A stretch of 64,000 bases of DNA from Eledone cirrhosa (Eukaryota), in NCBI GenBank assembly GCA_964016885.1, contig OZ024740.1, forward strand, positions 390,910,001-390,974,000, written 5' to 3'. Shown piece after piece: positions 12,060 to 26,020 of this stretch (positions are counted from its first letter, which is position 1; every line of letters begins with the position of its first letter). Under the pieces are notes generated by a model. The model had not been told where the DNA came from, searched no databases, and was given only the letters and a program-made list of their open reading frames with translations. The translations under genes were made by a program, and so were the position numbers.

Positions 12060-12270
12060 ATATGTGTGTGTGAGTGTACGTAACCAACCCATGCAGGCAT
12101 GTAAAAAGTGTGAGAGTGTGTGTGTGAGTGTAAGTAACCAACCCATGCAGGCATGTAAAAAGCGTGTGTGTGTGTGTATACATAACCAACCCATGCAGGC
12201 ATGTAAAAAGTGTGTGTGTGTACATAACCAACCCATGCAGGCATGTAAAAGGAAAGTGTGTGTGTGTGTG
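12060..12270. repeat. Four tandem copies of TAACCAACCCATGCAGGCATGTAAAAAG separated by (TG)n
   Basis: Directly visible. The unit resembles the AACCCATGC..GCATGGAAAA tail of the local RTE/SINE elements. Confidence 0.85.
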
Positions 12271-12789
12271 TTATAGCACTGCATCAATCACTTTGAATTA
12301 TTTCCTAAGAATCAATAACTTTCAAAAATGTTCATAACCACAAAAGATTCCTGAAAAAAAAAAAAAAGCTAAAAAAAAAAAACAAAGTCAGCCATTATTG
12401 AACCAGAGCTATCCAGTGTTTAACATACAAATAAATCTATAGAAGTCTTCCCCTCTCTCCCACCCTAATATGACAGGAATGGAGTGGGATGGAGCATTCT
12501 CTAGATTAATCATTTAATGTACAACAAGGAATTTAACCATTTCTGCCCAGTTCCGGCTATCATTTAATCAAATCTGAGTGCTGCTGTTATACAGCTCAGC
12601 TCTACTCTGAAACAACATCCAAACATAACGGAGAGGCAGCTTACAAAAATATTTTATTTGAAGACAACATAACAAATGACCAAATAACTCAAAGATTCTC
12701 ATACAGGAGGCATTTGGCTCCCCAAGGGAGGTATTTTAGCCAAGGGACAAGACAGGAATCCTAACTAGAATACATCATGTGTATATATC

Positions 12790-12836
12790 ACATGAAATAC
12801 CAATATAATCGAACTATAGTGTAATTTGTGTGCGTA

Positions 12837-12887
<51 letters not shown>

Positions 12888-13290
12888 AATGAAATACCAA
12901 TATACCCAACTATAGTGTGTGCGTGTGTAAAATTAAATACTAATATTCCTACCCATGATGTATATTGTGTGTATATAATATGAAATACCAATATACCCAA
13001 CTATAGTGTACTTTATGTGTGTTTATAAATATATATATATAAAATTAAATACCAATATTCCTACCTATGGTGTAGATTGTGAGTATATAAAATATGAAAT
13101 ACCAATATATCCGACTATAGTGTACTTGATGTATATCTATCTATCTATCAAATGAAATACCAATATACCCAACTATACTGTATTGCATGTGCGTGTATAT
13201 AATATATATATCAAATTAAATACTAATATTCCTAACTATAGTGTAGATTGTGTGTATATGATATGAAATACCAATATACCCAACTTAAGT
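12790..13290. repeat. ~60-bp minisatellite (AAATACCAATATACCCAACTATAGTGT core) interleaved with (TA)n
   Basis: About 8 diverged copies with two alternating variants. Confidence 0.8.
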
Positions 13291-16200
13291 GTGATCACAA
13301 ATTAACAGTTCACAAAAAAAAAAAAAATGCTACTTCAGACTAAATCTCGTTTGGGGTTGGTTATAAAATTGGGATTTGAAAAGCTTGTTCATGTTAATAT
13401 AGTTGGAAAGATTACTAGATGACAATTTAAAATGAAGAGGAATTAAGGAAACTTGGGATTACAAGGTGGGGAGGAATGTGACCTGGGTCTGAGAACCAGT
13501 GGAATAATTACACATCACATCTTTATGTTTTCTTTTGTTTCTTTTCCTTCTCTATATTTCCATTGGAGTTTACCAACCAAATGTCCAGAGCAGTTAACAT
13601 CTAGCACCATTCACAGAGAAGACACTTTGCTTTATCCACAGCTGGATGACATAGGAAACTAAACTCTGGTCAGTTTTATAATCAACAAAAATATCACTGA
13701 ACTGGACACAGGCTGTAACTAACTGGAAATATTTCAATATAAAAAAAAAACCATAGCCACCACATAAAATACCTTTATTTTTTATTTCATTTATTTATTT
13801 CTCCTCCAGATTTGGCAACTCATTGTGAATAAAGAATTTTAGACTAGACATGTGAAAATGAGACTGTCTGAAGAGTTTGTTAACCCTTTTCATACCAAAC
13901 CAGTTGAAATTGCACATGGATCTACAATACAAAACTGCTTGTTTTAAAATGATTATATTTAGCAAATAATTTCATCATCATCATGTAAGAACCTTGTTTA
14001 AGTTATATTCCAAGTGAAAACTTTTTCCAGATTGTTAACAAATCCTACATCTAATTTACCCTTTTTGATACAAAGCTTTCTGAAACCAGCCCTACTTCTA
14101 CAATACAAACAATCTTGAATAATGACAAAGTTAGTTACATTAAATCTCTACAAATTCTTTATTATTTTCAAAATTAACTGAAATTCATACAGCATTGTTT
14201 TTCGTAAGAAATATGGTGATGAAAGGTATGTAAACATATGGTAATATATCCTTTACCAAGAGACAGCACCTCCATCAATCAGGCAACATATTCTGTAATA
14301 TATATCATTTACCAAGAGACAGTACTACCACCAATCAAGTAAAATATTCTGTAACATGTGGTAATATATTTGTATTTCACCTTTGCAACTAATCATCCAC
14401 TATGTGCATATTGTAGTCACCCTGATTATATCTAATTAACAGAATAAAATCATTAGTGATTGAACCAATGATCTGTTCAGACACGTTTTGTTTTGTTTAA
14501 CCTTTTTATACCAAATCACCTGAAACTGCCTCTAGTTCGATGATACAAAATTGTTTAAAAAAATTCATACTTATACCTTCCATCACAATTTTATGCAAGA
14601 ACTTTTGATATGTTTCACACACCAGCTTAATAATGAGAATGTTATTTCACTACATACTTCCTATTTTTTATTATTATTTTCAAAATGAATTGAAACGCAT
14701 AGTCAGTGCATTTCATGAGGAAAAAAAATTACTGGATAAATAAAATACAAACAGAATCCACGAAAAATCTATCTAAAATTTATTCAAAATTATAAAACAT
14801 TTACATAGAAATAGTATGAAATGCTGTAATTTTTATTTTACTAACTGAATAGTGCACTCTGCATCATAGGAGGTGATTAAAAAGGTTGGAACCAGGAAGG
14901 GCATCCTACTGTAAAACATTGCCTCAAAAAGGACCCCATATCGAGGGGTCTGCAAGGCTAACCCCTGCTTTAGAAGGTAGGGTTGGGACCCTTAAAATGC
15001 TGGGCGTTGTATCATACAATAGTTCCTCCCAATATATTTAAATTAAAATAAATGTTACTCTTATAGGTAACACTTTCTTTAAACTACTCTATTACACCAA
15101 AATGTCGCAATAGAGTAGCTTTGTATTTAAAATATTTTTGGTCCAAACATCAAATGTTTTGCTCTGTGGTAGGAAAAAAATAGGTAGAATGCTGCTTATA
15201 GATAAACAATGAGTTTATTCTCTGTATATTAAGCATATATTTCATCTCAAAAAGTTTCTTTCGAGCCACGAGGTTCATTAGCTCATTGGTGTTAAGTAAA
15301 TGAGACCACAAGACAAGAAGATTCCCTCTTGGACAGAATGCCAGCCTATGGCAGGGTTAACTCCTAGCTGATGCTACAGGTACTCATTTTCCTTTTTAGC
15401 TGAGTTGATTGGAGCAATGTAAAATGAAGTGTATAGCTCAAGGACTGCCCAGTTCAGGAATTGAACTTATGACAGTATGATTGTTAGCTCAACACACTAA
15501 CAAATAGACCACACACCTACACTACTTGTGAAAATTTTACAGGAATTTTAATATGCTAGTTATTAATGTAGCAATAAGTAAGATTAATAATTAAAATAAC
15601 ATTTAATTAACAATTTTGCATATACAACATTATTTTTATTAAAAAAATTACTGCATTACATTGAAAATTAAAATCTTTAATACTGCAAATGTTCACAACA
15701 ATCTGTTCACTAGTAAAGATACTATAAACATTGGCAGTAACAAATTTGTTTTTAGATATTTTCAGCTAAATCATTGCAAGATGTTAAGAGTTAATTAATA
15801 CACTAGTTCTAAGCCTATTTTATTATAATTGAAGTAAATACAAATTAACAGTAAGCATAAATTTACAATAGTAATTAACAACAAAATATATTTTCAATTA
15901 ATTTTACAGCAATTTCACACAATAGATGATCAAATAAAACAAACTAATGGAAGGAGGGGAAAGTTATTAAAAACAAACACAGTTTAACCCTTTAAACACC
16001 AAACCATTTTTATTTAAATGTCCAAATTTAAATTCAAATCTTAGACTGAAATCTCATGACAGTAGTTAAATACTTGTCTATTATTATTATTAAATTGAAA
16101 TGTTAATTATTTCATTCACTAAGCCTGTCATAATTCTGTATTATTTTGTGAATTAAAACACAGAGGCAGCATTGTGGCCAGAAAAGGGTAAAAACTGAAT

Positions 16201-16712
16201 GTATATTGAAATGAAAACAAAATCAAAACTAAATTTTTTACCCTTCCGATAACAAACTGTCTGAAACTGCCCCTGGTTCTATGATACATACTATTTACTT
16301 TAAAGTGTTTATATTTATCTAAAAACCTATCAAAATTTTATGTAAGAAATTTTCTTAAGTTATACTTCAAACACAGTTATATTATTAAATCCACACAAAT
16401 TCAAAATTATTTGAAAATCATAGGCAGTGTCTTTCATTAGAAATATGGTAATGAAAGAGTTTAATTATACAAAAATGCTCTTGACTAAAGCTGATAGAAG
16501 CTGGGTGTTAAAGCAACTTAAATGATATTCTGCTAAATAGCTAAAATAATCAAAAATAAATCTTAGTATAATTTTTATTTGAAATAAAATGGTTGTTACT
16601 TATTTTGAAGATTGCCTGCAGTAAACATAATCAATAGATCATAACTGAACTGAGGAAAATTAAATAATACAGTATATATATATATATAATATATATTATC
16701 TGTTTACTACAG

Positions 16713-16751
<39 letters not shown>

Positions 16752-18352
16752 CATTACAGACAGACGACACGTTCTGATACTAAAGAATAACTGTCCTTAC
16801 AAAGAATACCTATGAAACGTGTGGTTCTTCTTTTTTAAAAAAGCACGCAACTAATACCATGTATTAAAACACACACACGCCAGAGAACAAAATTTCATTT
16901 TAACAGTTTGCTCTCTCTTATAGCATTACTAAACAGACGGTATAAAATCCTACAATTGTATATGCTGAATATCCAAATCACTTAACTGTACTGAGTACTA
17001 AAATTGGTAATATAAGTAATAATTATTACCTAAAAAGTGTGTGTGTGCGGGGGGGGGGGGGGGGGGGGGTTTATATCCAGAATGCTTGGAACAGGTAAAA
17101 GAGTAACTATCACACTGAGAATGAAGAAAGTGCAGGTACACTCTTGGAAATAAGGATGTCCATGTAGTATGAAAAAGAAACTTGACAGAGGAGCAAAATT
17201 AGGAGGAATAAATGGCAGAGTAGAATAAGGTTGTCTGTTCAAATAGTGGTTTTTTAGTGTTGTATGCAAGCAGTATTTATATTTGAGAAGAAAGATACCT
17301 TAAAAAAAGTAATGAGACTTTTTGTTTTTTTTATTTGAGAAATGGGTTAATAGATTAATCAACATGTTAATTGGCAATTTAAAAAAAGGAAAGGAAAGGA
17401 ACAAAAGCATAGCAAACGGACTGATGGACAACCAAGATATGAAAATCAATAATCAGTTAACTTCTTTGGTATAACAATTATTAATCATTGAAATAAGTTA
17501 ATATAGTGTAGAGATAGATGATAGGGCTGATGAAATAATTATTATTTACTGAGAGGAATGAGAATTTAGGATTAACTCATCTAATCTCTAGGTGTTTGTG
17601 TTTTAATATTTAACACACTAGTAGCAGTAGTAATCTTAACTATAAACTTCTTCATCCCAGATCTTGCTCCATTCAAGAGAAATATTTAGCCAAATCTTAA
17701 TTAATTAACAAGCTATGGATTAAGGTTAACCATATATTACAAGTCAACTAACTATCAGTAAGACAGGTAATAACAATAATAAAAATAATAGAGTCAGAGG
17801 CACCTGGAAGCTACTAATATTTGTTCAAATTCATTAGTCCAAATACCTACGTAGATATCTTGATATCTGAGTGATGGGAGATTTCGAATAATTAGCAAGA
17901 GTGATACAACAGAAGTAAAGGTTTTTCTTTTTCTTAAAATTAGCCTACCAGACAATACACTTTTCTGCCTTACAAAATGAAAATTGCTCTGATAAGCAAA
18001 CAAACAATTTAAAAAAAAAAGAGAGAGAGAGAAAGAAACTACCTGTCGTTAATGGGTAGAGTAATAATAATAGTCAACAATTCTTTTGAAAAATCAAAAT
18101 TGTTCTTGGCATACTTACACCAGGTTATCACATAGCACTATTCTACACTATAAAGTGACAGAAAAATTTCAATAAGAAGAGCAAAGGAGGATTGGGGGGG
18201 GGGGGGGGGGGGGGGGGGTTGTGTTGGTGCTTAGTGTAGCTATCAGACATATGACATTCATTCTTGAATACAACCAAACTGGCATACACGCAGACAAAGC
18301 TGGAACAATAGTGGAGGAAAGAGTTCCAAGAAGAGGCAGACAGTAGATGGCA

Positions 18353-18415
18353 TCAGGTTTTGTCTTGTGGGACATTGCCAGGCCGTACAAACTTCTCAGG
18401 GCTTGGTCTGGGTTT
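18353..18415 (-). CDS. CCDC6: CCDC6 terminal coding exon (KPRPSPEKFVRPGNVPQDKT*)
   Basis: Acceptor TTTTCCTTTCAG, phase 0 matching the upstream exon. SPEKFVRP resembles the SPDKFKRP motif of vertebrate CCDC6 as I recall it. TGA at 18355-18353. Confidence 0.8.
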   Translation of the reverse strand, partial: KPRPSPEKFVRPGNVPQDKT

Positions 18416-18543
18416 CTGAAAGGAAAACATTTTTACACATTAAGTTCAATGGTAATACACAGTTTACAGTGTTTTAATTATTTCATTAACAAAGAAGAAT
18501 ATTTAAAAACTAGTGTTAAAAATATAGTTTACCACGACATCTC

Positions 18544-18743
18544 TTAACTCTTAATGTCCTGTATGACACAGAACCACATTAGTAGGACATTCTTAAAAAA
18601 TACAAATAGCACTGACTTTAGTTTAGTTTACTGCACATTTTCATAATGGTCTATTCCCTAGTAAAGATACTATAAACATTTGAATTAACAAACCCATTTT
18701 TATACACATTTTCTGCTAAATCATTACAGAATATTAAGAGTTA
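18544..18743. mobile_element. TTAA-flanked MITE, family C (TTAACTCTTAA...TTAAGAGTTAA)
   Basis: Terminal inverted repeats. Related copies at ~15540-15793, ~30785-31210 and ~46490-46617. Confidence 0.65.
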
Positions 18744-21598
18744 AAGACAATGAACAAATACAAACTAGTTTTAAAGATGTGATTTACCATGTCACTTCTT
18801 AATATCTAGATATTAGCTAAAGTGACAATTGTTTATTTTAAACCCCATCCAGATCTAAAAAGCTTTGAAGAATCACTATTCTAGATTAAGTTGAGTTATT
18901 TTCTCAACCTTTAATTTTTTAAGTATTTATATTTATTATAATTTTTAAAGTGTTTAATTTTAGGCAAGAACCTTTATTGAATTATGCTCCAAACACCAGC
19001 TTAATAATGGATAAGTTAATTATATAGCTAAGTCCTATGAAATTCTTGATTATTTTCAGCACCTGGAGGAGTTAATGTATGAGCGTGAGTGCTGAAGATA
19101 TGGTGTCCATGTCATTTTTTAATATCTAGTTAAATAGACAAGGGATCACCAATTTTTTTAGAGCCTTGAACACTTCAACCCAGGTATGCATAAATATAAA
19201 TATATCAGTTAAGAGAATATAAAATAAATGACCATAAAGACAAGAAGTGTTCTAAATCACAAACCAGTGTTTTAATATGAATCAAGATAGCATTGGATAT
19301 ATGTAAATCTAATATGACAGTACACTTGCTCTCAATGTTAGGGAACAGAAAGTTCATTTATTCTGGTTATTAACAGATATATGAAGAACACTCAGTAAAG
19401 TAGTAGTGCTGGTGCCATGACAAAATACACACACTGCACTCTGTAAAGTAATGGTAGTGGTTTCAGGACAAAATACACCTAAAATGATAGTTGGTACTCT
19501 TGCTCTCAGTAGTAGTGAAACTATAAAGAGCTATGAAGGTGTTACTATGAGAGATTTGAGAGATTGTTTATGTAGTCCCTGCCATAACACAGGATTATGG
19601 AATCTAAATGTTTTAGACTATCAACCCCTTTGTCGAATCCTTGATCCCTCATCAGTCCCCTTCATGGAATCCCTCAATGATCCTAGGTATGTTAATAAGT
19701 AATTATATAAATCAGTAAACAGAATATAAACAACAATAAAGATTAATTACATAAAAACTAATTATATATAAATGAGAAACCTGTATAAGTAAATTGTATT
19801 TTATTGTATTATTTTATGTATTTTCATTTCTTATACAAATGTCAGGTTTGGACCCAAAATTCATTCAACTAACCCCACAAAACCCCACCCCTCGGCCATC
19901 AGTAATATTACTAAATCCCTCCAAATTCTTGATTTTCAAAATTATTTGAAAACGGTCAAATTAGATACCTATGTTATAAGTTAAAGTCAAGAGGTCCATC
20001 AGGTCAGTGCTCTTCCTAGTTTCATTGGTATTAAGCAATTGAAAGTACAAGACACCCTCCTTGACAGAATTCCAGTCCATTATAAGGTTAACTCCCAGGT
20101 TTACTGGTGCTCATTTTCAGCTGAGTCTACTGGAACAATGTGAAATGAAGTGCTTTGCTCAAGAACACAACACACAACTCAGGAACTGAACCTACAATAT
20201 CATCATAATTCCAATACCTTAACCACCAGGTCATGCACATTCACTGATAGCCATGACATCTATTAAATTAAGCTGTCAAAAGCTATATACCAGATTTGTG
20301 ATTTGAAAACTCAATCAAAAGACCAATCAAAATAATTAAAATTTACCTTAAAATATCTTGGAGCCTATGCTGTATAAAACGAATCACAAATCATACTTAA
20401 GGGTAAAGAGAAGTCTTTAGACAAGACAACTTTCCTAGTGCTAGTGACATGATAAAATGCACCAAGTACATGCTGTAAAGTGGTTGGCATTAGGAAGAGC
20501 ACCCAGCTGTAGAAACCTTGTCAAATATGAGTAGAGAGGACTTTTCAGTCATGTCAAGGACATATCTTTCCTAGTGCTGGTGACATGATAAAATGCACCT
20601 AGTAATCTGTAAAGTGGTTGGAATCAGGAAGATTAGTATTTGCCAGAGAAACTATGCCAAATAAAGAATTTATTTGAGAAAAACATGGTCCTCTGACCTC
20701 TCTGGAAAGGCAGTAGTACTAATATAGCACTGACTCTACAATGACCCATCAAACCCATGCCAGCAAGGGAAAAAAACATGTAGAATGATAACAGTGATAA
20801 TCATGAGGAGGAGGATACTCTATGAAACAATTTTAATCTACTGGGGAAACAATTGAACTGGTCATATAATTTAATGTGGGCTAATTAAATACAATAACAT
20901 GTCTTGTCTTGACAAATACTTGTTACCAAACTACCTCTGCTTCTTGATACAAAATTCTTTATTTTAAAATGTTTATATTTATTTACAAACCTTCTATTAT
21001 AGTTTTATCTAAGAAAATGTTATGTTATATTTCAAACTATAGCTTAATCTTTCTGAAACTGTCCATGATACAAAGATGTTTGTTTTAAAGTGTTCAGATT
21101 TAGATTTAAACATTTCAAACATGAATTATATATCAAATTGTTAGAAATATTAATAATTTTAGTAAATTCTTTCAAATTCTTCATTAATTAGTTCAAATGC
21201 ATTAGAAATAAAATCATAAAAGCATTGAAAATGAAAAAAAAATTTGTTATATTACTAAATTCCTCAAAATGTTTGATTATTTTCAAGATTATTTGGAAAA
21301 TCATAAACAGTGTTTTGCATTAGAAATATGGTAACAAAATAGTTAAAGAAAACAAAATTAAATGTAATACATTATAATAAATCTCATGGAATAATATTGG
21401 TTTCTGATTAAGGCACAAGGCCAATCTCATGGAATAATATTAACAACTGTTAGATATAAAATTAATAATTACAACATGTAAATTAAACAAGGAATAAATT
21501 ATAAGATATAAATAAAACATGCAGAATCCAATGACTTTTCAACACTGATGATTTGTGCAAAAAATATTTAGAAAGAAAATATAACATAAAACACTTAC

Positions 21599-21610
21599 TT
21601 GTGAAGAGTA
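21599..21610 (-). CDS. CCDC6: Candidate 12-nt CCDC6 microexon (YSSQ)
   Basis: Pyrimidine tract, then TGCAAG acceptor, TACTCTTCACAA, and GTAAGT donor. Phase 0-0, matching this intron. Confidence 0.3.
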
Positions 21611-21955
21611 CTTGCATTTCATTACAGTGGAAAGGGAGGGATCTCTATGTGCATGTGTGCGTGCTGCATGTATGCATGTATATGCAGGTGTTTGTGCACA
21701 TGTATGTCTATGTATGTTTGTATATAATCTCATGCATGATTAAACAAGATTCAAAGTACGAGTACAACACCGGTATTTTCTGGTGCCTTTGGTTCTAGAC
21801 CTGTACCAAATTATCCATTTTGCCAGACTAACAGAAACCATGTAATAAATAATTCAGTGTGAATTCCTAGGTTATTGAGGTTTTTCATTACCAAACCTTA
21901 ACAACACACCTTTGTTTATTCCTTAAAATCACATTGTGAAGGTGGAAATACTCAC

Positions 21956-22006
21956 CTTTCAAACTTAAGAGGTATATATAGAGGTACAAATATTTTGATA
22001 TTTGCT
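21956..22006 (-). CDS. CCDC6: Candidate 51-nt CCDC6 cassette exon with an in-frame stop (SKYQNICTSIYTS*)
   Basis: AG-free pyrimidine-rich tract, CAG acceptor and strong AAG|GTGAGT donor. Confidence 0.3.
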
Positions 22007-23810
22007 CTGTATTTGGAAGCCATTACAAGGGATAAATATAAGTAAAATAAGATGAGAATTTCCTCAATTAACTGGAGCTGCAACAGCCACTGATATCTAG
22101 ATATTTGGGAGATGATTGAAAAAAACACAGTGCCACAGACTGTGGCCACCCAATAAACTACTTCAGTAGGTCGCAGGAAATTGAAGTGTCCGCTCATAAT
22201 TATGTCCAGATTAAAAGAGATGCCAGGCCATTAGTTACCAGAAATATTGGTGTTGTAACTGTAATTTTTAAATTGTTTCCAATTGTTGTGGTAACCCCAG
22301 TACGGTATATAATTCCATTTAAATAATTATTGTTATCTCTTCACAGAATTTCTACAAAGCCCAAAATGCATTTCTAACATTTCTGGCACAACAGGTTTTT
22401 AACAATTGATTAAATAATATTAACATAACAATAAGAAAAAATAGACTTTAAATTCTTTTTTTCTTTTTTTTTAAGAAAGAAATGAAAATAAAATAAACGA
22501 AATAGTATATGTTAACAGTTTTAGAAGGGAAAGGGGCTGATTGTCAGATTTAGCCAAGAAACAATGTTTCCATTTCTCTTTTCCATTGCTGATACTATTT
22601 GTTGGTGATAATTTATGGTAGAAGGATGTGGGATTTGAACACAGGACACAGACGTGGATCAGTTACTGAAAACTGTCCCATCTGACTAATTCAACTATTC
22701 TAACAATCAACTGACTAGTATGTTATTTTTCAAGACACAAAGGATGGAAAAGTAAAGTTGACCTTGGTGGGATTTGAACAGAGTACAGAAAGCTGGAACA
22801 AATACCAAATAATTTAATCCAACAGTCTAACAACTCTGCCAATTAACCACAGAGATCAACTTTGTCTTTCCTCCATTCAGATGGAGCAGATTGGCAGAGT
22901 TGTAAGTCAAAAAGGATACTTTTTGCTATCTGATCCGGCTCTGTGCATTCCGAGTTCAAATCCTGCCTCCTTTTGTCAGGAGTTGCGACTGGTAGATAGT
23001 ATCAGCGATGGAAAGATCAAGGGAAACAATTTCCTTGATTTGATCTGATGATCAGCTTCTTTCTCTTTTCTTTAAATATTTGAATAAAAGATTGAAGATA
23101 AGGATGTAAAAGATATAAAGTAGCATAAAGAAGGGACAGGAGGGGAGAGATGTAATGGGTAAACACGCTCCACTTATCCTCACAACCCAAATCAAAAGGT
23201 AAATGCTGTATCGGTAGGATGTAATATTTTGGTCCTCAAGCGAAGAAAGTGTCGCTACTATGAATAGCTCAGGGACACTAAATATGTTGACATCTCAACA
23301 GCTGGATTCCTTAACATTATTAATATAAAACATTAGTACATATCCCATTGTTTTACAGATGAAATAAGTAAATATTCAGTTTTTCATCAAATTTTAACAA
23401 AGTTATGTTTGTGGATTTTTTTTTTTTCTTTCAAGATGTCTAACAAGTGCTTTCTCTATCTACCGACTTTCACATTTTCTTTTCTTACTCTCATCTGTCC
23501 TTTATTTTCTTCTCTCTCTCTCCCCCAAACATCCTCTCTTCTCTTCTCTTTCTATATCCGATGAAGGACTAATGACCAAAACTTTAAAACTATTTTCCAA
23601 CTATATGAAATAATTAACAAATATTCCATCATTGTATTGTTTTCCTTCTTGACTTTTCTTTGTATCATCATTTAATGTCCATTTTCCCTGCTAACAAGAG
23701 TTGGAGAAGTTGACACCGACCAAGTCACCACTACTCAAGCAGAGCTAGTGATCTCCCGGATGGGTAGAGGGCCTGCATCTTGCTTATATTCTCTACTTGC
23801 TTATATTCTC

Positions 23811-23845
<35 letters not shown>

Positions 23846-25679
23846 CGCGCGCACACAGGTAGGTAGATTGTTAGAGAGAGAAAAAGAAAGAAAGAAGCAA
23901 TATCGTTGACAGTTAATACCGATTTCTAGTATGAATTTTAGAACATTTGTCCTCCCTTTTTGACAGATTGTGTAGCCTTGTGTGTAACAGACAGACAAAA
24001 AGGCTGTACAGTTATTATAATATAGAATATATATTAAACTTAGCTTTAGTTTAGTTGTTCTTTTAATAGTGTACGATAAAGTTTCAATAATCATTAAATG
24101 GTAAGATTAAGCTTTGTTAGGCATTATATTATTAGAATATATCAAAATAATTATTCAAAGTTAATCCCAATATTTCTGTCTACAAAATTAGTCTTATTGT
24201 AAATGCATTACATGAATCTAGTTTTTCTTGTGTTTTAAATCCTTTTCATACCAACCAGCCCAAAACATGAAACAAAACCAATCATACTAAATGGATTTCT
24301 ATTTAAATTAAAATCTTCCAATATAATTTTATATAAGAAATGTTTGTTACGTTACAAATACCATCTTAATGAAGTAATAATTTTAATAAATCTCCAAATT
24401 TTTCATTAATTAATTGAAATACTGTCTTACATTAGAAATATATTAAGAAAAATGTTTATATATATATATATAACTTTGGTAATTTTATCTTCCAGCATGG
24501 CACAGTCAAACTTACTTATTGGAAATTAGTGAAATATTTCAACATAGAATTCTAATTTAATATGATTGTGATATTGTATGATAATTAAAACATATATTGG
24601 ACCAAAGCGAAAATAGTTTAGAACAGTTATGGCAACCTTTTTTTAACAGTTGGCTGCATAAGATATTGTTCACTATAAGGTGGACCACATGAGAAATAGT
24701 TCATTATAAGGTGGGCCACATGACATATAGCTCATATGATGAGCCACTTTAGTTATAGCTCATTATAAGGTGGGTCGCACTAGTAAATAAATTCAAAGTA
24801 ATTTTTAATTAGGTGTGCTATTCAGAAAGTCAAAAGGGCCACTGTTTTCTCATTGGTTTATTATTTTGATGATAATATGTGATGTAGAATATAACTAGAT
24901 GAAGGAATCTTAGGGGACAACATAGTAGTTTGTAGCTAAATCAAGCAAGTAAGAACCAGATGAAAGAATGGTTAAAACAAGGAAGGCTGTGGTAGATATA
25001 GATGTAGTCTTGAAAGACAGTGTAGTTAGTAGAGTGACATGAAATAGCATGTGCAACAAGAAAGATTGGCTGTCAGAATATTAAAAGATTAACGGGATCA
25101 ACTCTGTGTATCACTGTAGACAGACAGATAGACAAATGGACAGGAAAAGATAGAGAAACATGACAATGTTATAAAGAAAAGTATGTTATTATAAGGTGAA
25201 GGTGTGTGGCTTAATAGTTAAGGTGTTGTGCTCACAATTGTAAGGTCAAAACTAAGGTTGCCAAACCAGGCAACATGTGTCCTTGAATAAGATATTTTAT
25301 TTCATGTGACTCCAGTCCACTTAGCTGGAAAAATGATTTACAATGGCACAGGTGCTAAGCAGTATCAGCCATTTGCAATGCCATGGAGAGAGAAGACTGG
25401 CATGCACAGACGACTGCTGGTCTTGCACAAAAACACCTTGCCCAGGTTTGCACCTTAGAGAGGAAGCTTCTAGGAACAATACCATGGTCAGTGATGACTG
25501 AAGGGGCCCTCACATATAATAAGTATGAATAATAAAATATAAAGGTTGCTTTGAGAATATTAATCCGAGTAAATTAATCTGGTAGTAATGAAAGGGACAA
25601 AAGATCAGATAGAATAAACAAGAATACAATATAGGAAAGGACTCTTCAATCTTGCTGAGGACATAACCTCTCTATTGTT

Positions 25680-26020
25680 GGTATCATGATAAAATGCACT
25701 TCTTACACTCTATAATGTGGTAGTGCTGGTACCATGATAAAATGCATCCACTACACTCTGTAAAGTGGTGATGCTGGTGCCACAACAAAATGTACCCAGT
25801 ACACTCTGTAAAGTGTTGGTGCCATGATAAAACACACCCAGTACACTTTAAAATGGTAGTGCTCGTGCCACAATAAAATGTACCCAGTACAATCTGAAGT
25901 GGTAGTGCTGGTGTTGTAATAAAATGCACCCAGTACACCCTATAAAGTCATTGGGATTAGGAAGGGCATCCAGTCTTAGAAACCATGCCAAATATGGAAT
26001 GCAAAATGATAATGATAAAG
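25680..26020 (+). repeat. RTE-tailed SINE-like repeat whose ~45-bp internal module is amplified about 6 times
   Basis: Unit GTGGTAGTGCTGGTGCCATGATAAAATGCACCCAGTACACTCTGTAAA. Related elements at ~20430-20810, 26200-26580, 36140-36435, 45575-45880 and 55535-55840, and inverted at ~47900-48180, 52490-52800 and 60300-60620. Confidence 0.75.

Noticed and set aside
19451-19702. 83-aa plus-strand ORF
   Set aside because: Begins within SINE-derived sequence, is antisense to the last CCDC6 intron and has no recognisable domain.
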